Below, piece by piece: positions 59,344 through 64,000 of a stretch of DNA of 64,000 bases. A program made the position numbers and the translations under genes. Each line of letters opens with the position of its first letter. Position 1 is the first letter of the stretch. The notes beneath the pieces are model-generated. The model was not told the DNA's origin and did not search any database. It saw only the letters and a list, made by a program, of their open reading frames with translations. This DNA is from an uncultured Pelagibacteraceae bacterium. GTDB taxonomy: Bacteria; Pseudomonadota; Alphaproteobacteria; Pelagibacterales; Pelagibacteraceae. The stretch lies in the NCBI GenBank assembly GCA_902532565.1, contig CACAIR010000002.1, forward strand, positions 9,494-73,493, read 5' to 3'.

Positions 59344-59829
59344 ATGAAATTAACAAGATTCTTAAAAACTATTTTTATGACTGATTTCTTAAGTGGCTTA
59401 TTAATAGCAATAAAAGAATTATTTAAGTCAAAAAAAACAATAAATTATCCTTTTGAGAAAGGAAAAATAAGTCCAAGATTTAGAGGAGAACATGCATTAA
59501 GAAGATATCCTAATGGGGAAGAAAGATGTATAGCATGTAAATTGTGTGAAGCTGTTTGTCCAGCTCAAGCAATTACAATTGAGTCGACCGAACGTGAAGA
59601 TGGTAGTAGAAAGACTACACGTTACGATATTGACATGATGAAATGCATTTATTGTGGTTTATGTGAAGAATCATGTCCAGTAGACGCAATTGTTCAAGGC
59701 CCTAATTTTGAATTTTCTACTGAAACAAGGGAAGAACTTTATTATACAAAAGAAAAATTATTGGATAATGGAGATAGGTGGGAAAATATATTAGCTGCAA
59801 ATATTAAAGCTGATAGTCCTTACAGATAA
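59344..59829 (+). CDS. nuoI: NADH-quinone oxidoreductase subunit I
   Basis: [24 protein letters not shown]. Confidence 0.98.
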   Translation: MKLTRFLKTIFMTDFLSGLLIAIKELFKSKKTINYPFEKGKISPRFRGEHALRRYPNGEERCIACKLCEAVCPAQAITIESTEREDGSRKTTRYDIDMMKCIYCGLCEESCPVDAIVQGPNFEFSTETREELYYTKEKLLDNGDRWENILAANIKADSPYR

Positions 59830-59833
59830 ATTT

Positions 59834-60463
59834 ATGGCCCATGCGATTTTCTTTTATATTTTTTCAACTATAGCAATTATCTCTGCAATTATGGTTACTG
59901 TATCTAAAAATACAGTTCATTCAGTTTTTTTTTTAATTTTAGATTTTATAAGTATTTCATGTTTATTTATAATGATTGGAGCAGAATTCTTAGGCATGAT
60001 TATGCTTATAGTCTATGTTGGAGCAGTCGCAGTATTATTTTTATTTGTAGTTATGATGTTAAATGTTGCTCAGCAAAAAAACCAATGGTTTGGATCCAAA
60101 AATAGTTCAAAACATATTCCAGTAGGATTAATTATCAGTATAATAATCTTTTTTGAAATAATTATAGTAATTAGTGGCTGGAAGTATAAACCAGACTTAT
60201 TTGATATTAACAACTCAATAACTCAAGTAAGCATTAGTAATACCCATTCATTAGGTCAAATATTGTACACAGACTATATTCACGTATTCCAAATAAGTGG
60301 AATGATATTGCTTGTTGCAATGGTCGGATCAATAGTTCTAACTTTTAGAAAGAGATCTGGTTTAAAAAGACAAAGTTATGTTAGCCAAATCTCAAGAGAA
60401 AGATCGGAGGGTGTAGAAGTTTTGGAGGTTGAAAGAAACAAAGGGGTCAAGATCGATGATTGA
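59834..60463 (+). CDS. nuoJ: NADH-quinone oxidoreductase subunit J
   Basis: [29 protein letters not shown]. Confidence 0.97.
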   Translation: MAHAIFFYIFSTIAIISAIMVTVSKNTVHSVFFLILDFISISCLFIMIGAEFLGMIMLIVYVGAVAVLFLFVVMMLNVAQQKNQWFGSKNSSKHIPVGLIISIIIFFEIIIVISGWKYKPDLFDINNSITQVSISNTHSLGQILYTDYIHVFQISGMILLVAMVGSIVLTFRKRSGLKRQSYVSQISRERSEGVEVLEVERNKGVKIDD

Positions 60464-60767
60464 AATAGCCTTAGGACATTATCTAACTCTTGGAGCTATT
60501 ATATTTTCAATTGGTGTTATAGGTATTTTTCTTAATAGAAAAAATATAATCGTAATATTAATGAGTATTGAATTGATATTGTTAGCAGTAAATATTAACC
60601 TAGTTTCTTTTTCAATATTTTTGGGTGATTTAGCTGGACAAGTTTTTACTTTATTCATATTAACAGTTGCTGCTGCCGAAGCAGCAATAGGATTAGCAAT
60701 TATTGTAGTATATTTTAGAAACTCAGGAACAATTCGAGTTGAAGAAATAGATAAATTAAAAGGATAA
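60456..60767 (+). CDS. nuoK: NADH-quinone oxidoreductase subunit K
   Basis: [24 protein letters not shown]; ATG 60456 preferred. Confidence 0.97.
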   Translation: MIEIALGHYLTLGAIIFSIGVIGIFLNRKNIIVILMSIELILLAVNINLVSFSIFLGDLAGQVFTLFILTVAAAEAAIGLAIIVVYFRNSGTIRVEEIDKLKG

Positions 60768-60769
60768 TA

Positions 60770-62683
60770 ATGGAGCTTTTAATTTTATTTCTTCCTCTAA
60801 TAGCATCAATCATTTCGGGTTTTTTCGGAAGATACATAGGTGACAGAAACTCAGAAATATTAACTAGTGTTCTTGTTTCTATTTCTGCAATTTTATCTAT
60901 TTTTGTTCTTTATCAAGTAATTGTAAACCAATTTGAAGAAAATATTGTTATAGCAACCTGGATTAATTCTGGGTCACTTAATGTAAATTGGTCAATGTTA
61001 ATTGACCCTCTATCTGCAGTAATGTTGGTAGTAGTCACATCAGTATCAGCCTTAGTACATATTTATTCAATTGGATACATGTCTCACGATCCACATAAAC
61101 CAAGATTTATGGCATATCTGTCATTATTTACTTTTGCAATGTTGATGCTTGTTACATCAGATAATTTTGTTCAATTATTTTTTGGGTGGGAAGGTGTTGG
61201 TCTTTGTTCATACTTTCTAATTGGATTTTGGTTTAAAAAAGAAAGTGCTAATGCCGCTGCAATTAAAGCTTTTATAGTTAATAGAGTAGGTGATTTTGGA
61301 TTTGCTTTAGGAATTTTTTTAATATTTTATTTATTTGGAACAGTAAATTATTCAGAGGTTTTTCAGGAAATTGTTGCAATTCAGGATAAAAATTTATTAT
61401 TTTTAGGTTTAGAAATTAAAGCAATAGACTTAATTTGTTTCCTTTTATTTATAGGTGCTATGGGTAAATCAGCTCAAATACTACTTCATACATGGCTTCC
61501 TGATGCAATGGAAGGACCTACACCAGTATCTGCATTAATTCATGCTGCAACAATGGTTACAGCAGGAGTCTTTTTGGTAGTTAGATGTTCACCAATTTAT
61601 GAATATTCTCCATTAATTTTAAACTTAGTAACAATTATTGGAATGAGTACAGCATTTTTTGCAGCGTCTGTTGCATTGGTTCAAACAGATATTAAGAAAA
61701 TAATTGCTTATTCTACTTGCAGTCAACTTGGCTATATGTTTTTTGCTGCTGGTGTAGGTGCTTATAATGTTGCAATGTTTCATTTATTTACACATGCTTT
61801 TTTTAAAGCATTATTATTTTTGGGATCAGGTTCAGTAATTCATGCATTTAAAGATGAACAAAATATTAACAAAATGGGCGGTGTGTGGAAAAATTTACCT
61901 TATACTTACACTTTTATGATAATAGGAACTCTCGCTCTTACTGGTTTTCCACTTTTATCGGGATTTTATTCTAAAGATGCAATTATAGAGTTTGCTTATT
62001 TAAAAGGAAATACAACAGGTTATTATGCTGCTGGGATTGGAATATTTACTGCTTTTTTAACAGCAATATATTCTTGGAGATTAATATTTAAAACATTTCA
62101 TGGTGAATATAATAATAAAGAGATCAAAATTGAAGAAACTCATGAATCTCCACTTGTTATGTTATTACCGTTATTTCTACTCTCGATTGGCGCTATTTTT
62201 TCGGGATTTTTGTTCAAAGAACTTTTTATAGGTTATACTAGCGGATATAATTTTTGGGGGAATTCTATAAAATTTTTAGAGCCATTAAGCTCAGAGCACC
62301 CACCTCTGTGGTTTCTACTTTTAACACCTTGCTTAGTTCTTATATCAATTCCAATTGCATATTATTTATTTGTTAAAAACAAAGAATTACCAAATTCGAT
62401 TTCCTCAATAAATAAACCATTATACAATTTTTTGGTTAACAAGTGGTACTTTGATGAGTTGTATGAAATTATATTTATCAAATCATCAAAAAAATTAGGA
62501 TTATTTTTATGGAAATTTTGTGATGGAACAATAATTGATGGTTTTGGCCCAGACGGGATTTCATCTTTCATAAAAAGATGTTCATTAAAAGCAAATAAAT
62601 TCCAAAGTGGTTTTATTTACCAGTACGCTTTTATAATGCTGCTAGGTTTTTCAGCTTTGTTAACTTATCTTATAATTAAATAA
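60770..62683 (+). CDS. nuoL: NADH-quinone oxidoreductase subunit L
   Basis: [45 protein letters not shown]. Confidence 0.98.
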   Translation: MELLILFLPLIASIISGFFGRYIGDRNSEILTSVLVSISAILSIFVLYQVIVNQFEENIVIATWINSGSLNVNWSMLIDPLSAVMLVVVTSVSALVHIYSIGYMSHDPHKPRFMAYLSLFTFAMLMLVTSDNFVQLFFGWEGVGLCSYFLIGFWFKKESANAAAIKAFIVNRVGDFGFALGIFLIFYLFGTVNYSEVFQEIVAIQDKNLLFLGLEIKAIDLICFLLFIGAMGKSAQILLHTWLPDAMEGPTPVSALIHAATMVTAGVFLVVRCSPIYEYSPLILNLVTIIGMSTAFFAASVALVQTDIKKIIAYSTCSQLGYMFFAAGVGAYNVAMFHLFTHAFFKALLFLGSGSVIHAFKDEQNINKMGGVWKNLPYTYTFMIIGTLALTGFPLLSGFYSKDAIIEFAYLKGNTTGYYAAGIGIFTAFLTAIYSWRLIFKTFHGEYNNKEIKIEETHESPLVMLLPLFLLSIGAIFSGFLFKELFIGYTSGYNFWGNSIKFLEPLSSEHPPLWFLLLTPCLVLISIPIAYYLFVKNKELPNSISSINKPLYNFLVNKWYFDELYEIIFIKSSKKLGLFLWKFCDGTIIDGFGPDGISSFIKRCSLKANKFQSGFIYQYAFIMLLGFSALLTYLIIK

Positions 62684-64000
62684 TGAACTTTCCTATTCTT
62701 ACATCTTTGATATTGCTACCAACAATAGGTGCTTTATTTTTATTTTTTACCAAAGATAAAAGTGAAAGTAATTTGACAGCTAAATATGTTGCATTATTTA
62801 CAACAGTTGTAAATTTTTTAATTTCCATCTATTTGTGGATCTCATTTGATCAATCCACCTCAAGTTTTCAATTTATAGAAGATAGAGCTTGGATTGATGG
62901 ATTTATAAATTACAAAGTTGGAATAGATGGAATTTCAATTTTATTTATAATCTTAACTACATTTATAACTCCTCTTTGTATTATATCTGTCAACAATTCT
63001 GTAAAAAATAGATTGAGAGATTTTTTGATTGCAATACTTATCATGGAAAGTTTTATGATTGGTGTTTTCTGTGCTCTTGATTTAGTAGTTTTTTATTTAT
63101 TTTTTGAGGCAGGTTTAATTCCAATGTTTTTAATTATTGGAATATGGGGTGGTTCAAAAAGAGTATACTCAGCTTTTAAATTTTTTTTATATACATTACT
63201 AGGTTCAGTTTTGATGTTAGTTGCAATAATTTCAATTTATTGGATTACTGGTACCACAGATGTAGTTAAACTATATGAATTAGGAATAGATGTTAAATAT
63301 CAAAATCTCTTATGGCTTGCATTTTTTAGTTCATTTGCTGTGAAAACACCTATGTGGCCAGTGCATACATGGTTGCCAGATGCACATGTTGAAGCGCCTA
63401 CAGCTGGGTCTGTTTTATTAGCTGCAATCCTTTTAAAAATGGCTGGATATGGTTTTATAAGATTTTCTTTAGGTCTTTTTCCAATTGCATCTGATGTGTT
63501 TACGCCACTAATTTATACTTTAAGTGTAATTGCAATTATTTTTACATCATTAATAGCTTTAATGCAGGAGGACATGAAAAAACTAATAGCTTATTCATCA
63601 GTTGCTCATATGGGATTTGTTACATTAGGAATATTTACTTTACAACAACAAGGTATTGAAGGAAGTATTATTCAAATGATAAGTCATGGATTAGTCTCAG
63701 CAGCACTATTTTTAACCGTTGGAGTAATTTATGATAGGATGCATTCGAGGCTTATAAGCACTTACGGGGGACTAGTTTCTGTAATTCCAAAATATTCAAT
63801 ATTATTTATGTTATTTGCTTTAGCATCACTAGGCTTACCAGGAACAAGTGGATTTGTTGGAGAATTTCTTATCTTAATGGGAGCTTTTAAGGATAACTTT
63901 TTGGTGGCTGTTATGGCTAGCATAGGAGTAATTTTAGGAGCAGCATATATCTTATGGTTATATAAAAGAGTAGTTTTTGGTAAACTAATTAATGAGGATT
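62683..64000 (+). CDS. nuoM: NADH-quinone oxidoreductase subunit M (partial, runs off the window end)
   Basis: ATG overlaps the nuoL stop (TAATG); [13 protein letters not shown]..., [48 protein letters not shown] read from the sequence. Confidence 0.96.
   Translation, partial: MNFPILTSLILLPTIGALFLFFTKDKSESNLTAKYVALFTTVVNFLISIYLWISFDQSTSSFQFIEDRAWIDGFINYKVGIDGISILFIILTTFITPLCIISVNNSVKNRLRDFLIAILIMESFMIGVFCALDLVVFYLFFEAGLIPMFLIIGIWGGSKRVYSAFKFFLYTLLGSVLMLVAIISIYWITGTTDVVKLYELGIDVKYQNLLWLAFFSSFAVKTPMWPVHTWLPDAHVEAPTAGSVLLAAILLKMAGYGFIRFSLGLFPIASDVFTPLIYTLSVIAIIFTSLIALMQEDMKKLIAYSSVAHMGFVTLGIFTLQQQGIEGSIIQMISHGLVSAALFLTVGVIYDRMHSRLISTYGGLVSVIPKYSILFMLFALASLGLPGTSGFVGEFLILMGAFKDNFLVAVMASIGVILGAAYILWLYKRVVFGKLINED

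Overview
Very AT-rich, tightly packed alphaproteobacterial chromosome segment. Gene content (aprMBA with no adjacent sat, xsc, amtB with no glnK, tiny or overlapping intergenic spacers) strongly suggests a SAR11/Pelagibacteraceae genome; this is an inference. In order, the window contains: a Zur-regulated znuA/znuCB-zur locus with two tandem Zur boxes; a two-gene AT-rich polysaccharide islet; rseP, HU and amtB; recX, cysQ and mnmA; metC-MFS-pabB/pabA/pabC-HIT; a roughly 19-kb organosulfonate/sulfite region (aprM-aprB-aprA, TauE-family, suyBA, xsc, FAD oxidoreductase, HpsO-like SDR, TerC plus GMC oxidoreductase, TRAP transporter); an NCS1 permease; small hypothetical genes; tRNA-Leu-tig-clpP-clpX-lon-tRNA-Val-tRNA-Asp; and nuoA-M (nuoM cut by the window edge). 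No CRISPR array, integrase, transposase or rRNA was seen. Best leads: (i) a possible Sat-independent sulfonate to sulfite to APS route, with a HIT-family protein beside aprMBA as candidate APS-cleaving enzyme; (ii) an unannotated 27-aa K/R-rich peptide gene with a clear SD, resembling a small ribosomal protein; (iii) a perfect 7-1-7 Fur-type box upstream of the complex I operon. All functional calls come from motif recognition by eye; no database searches were run.
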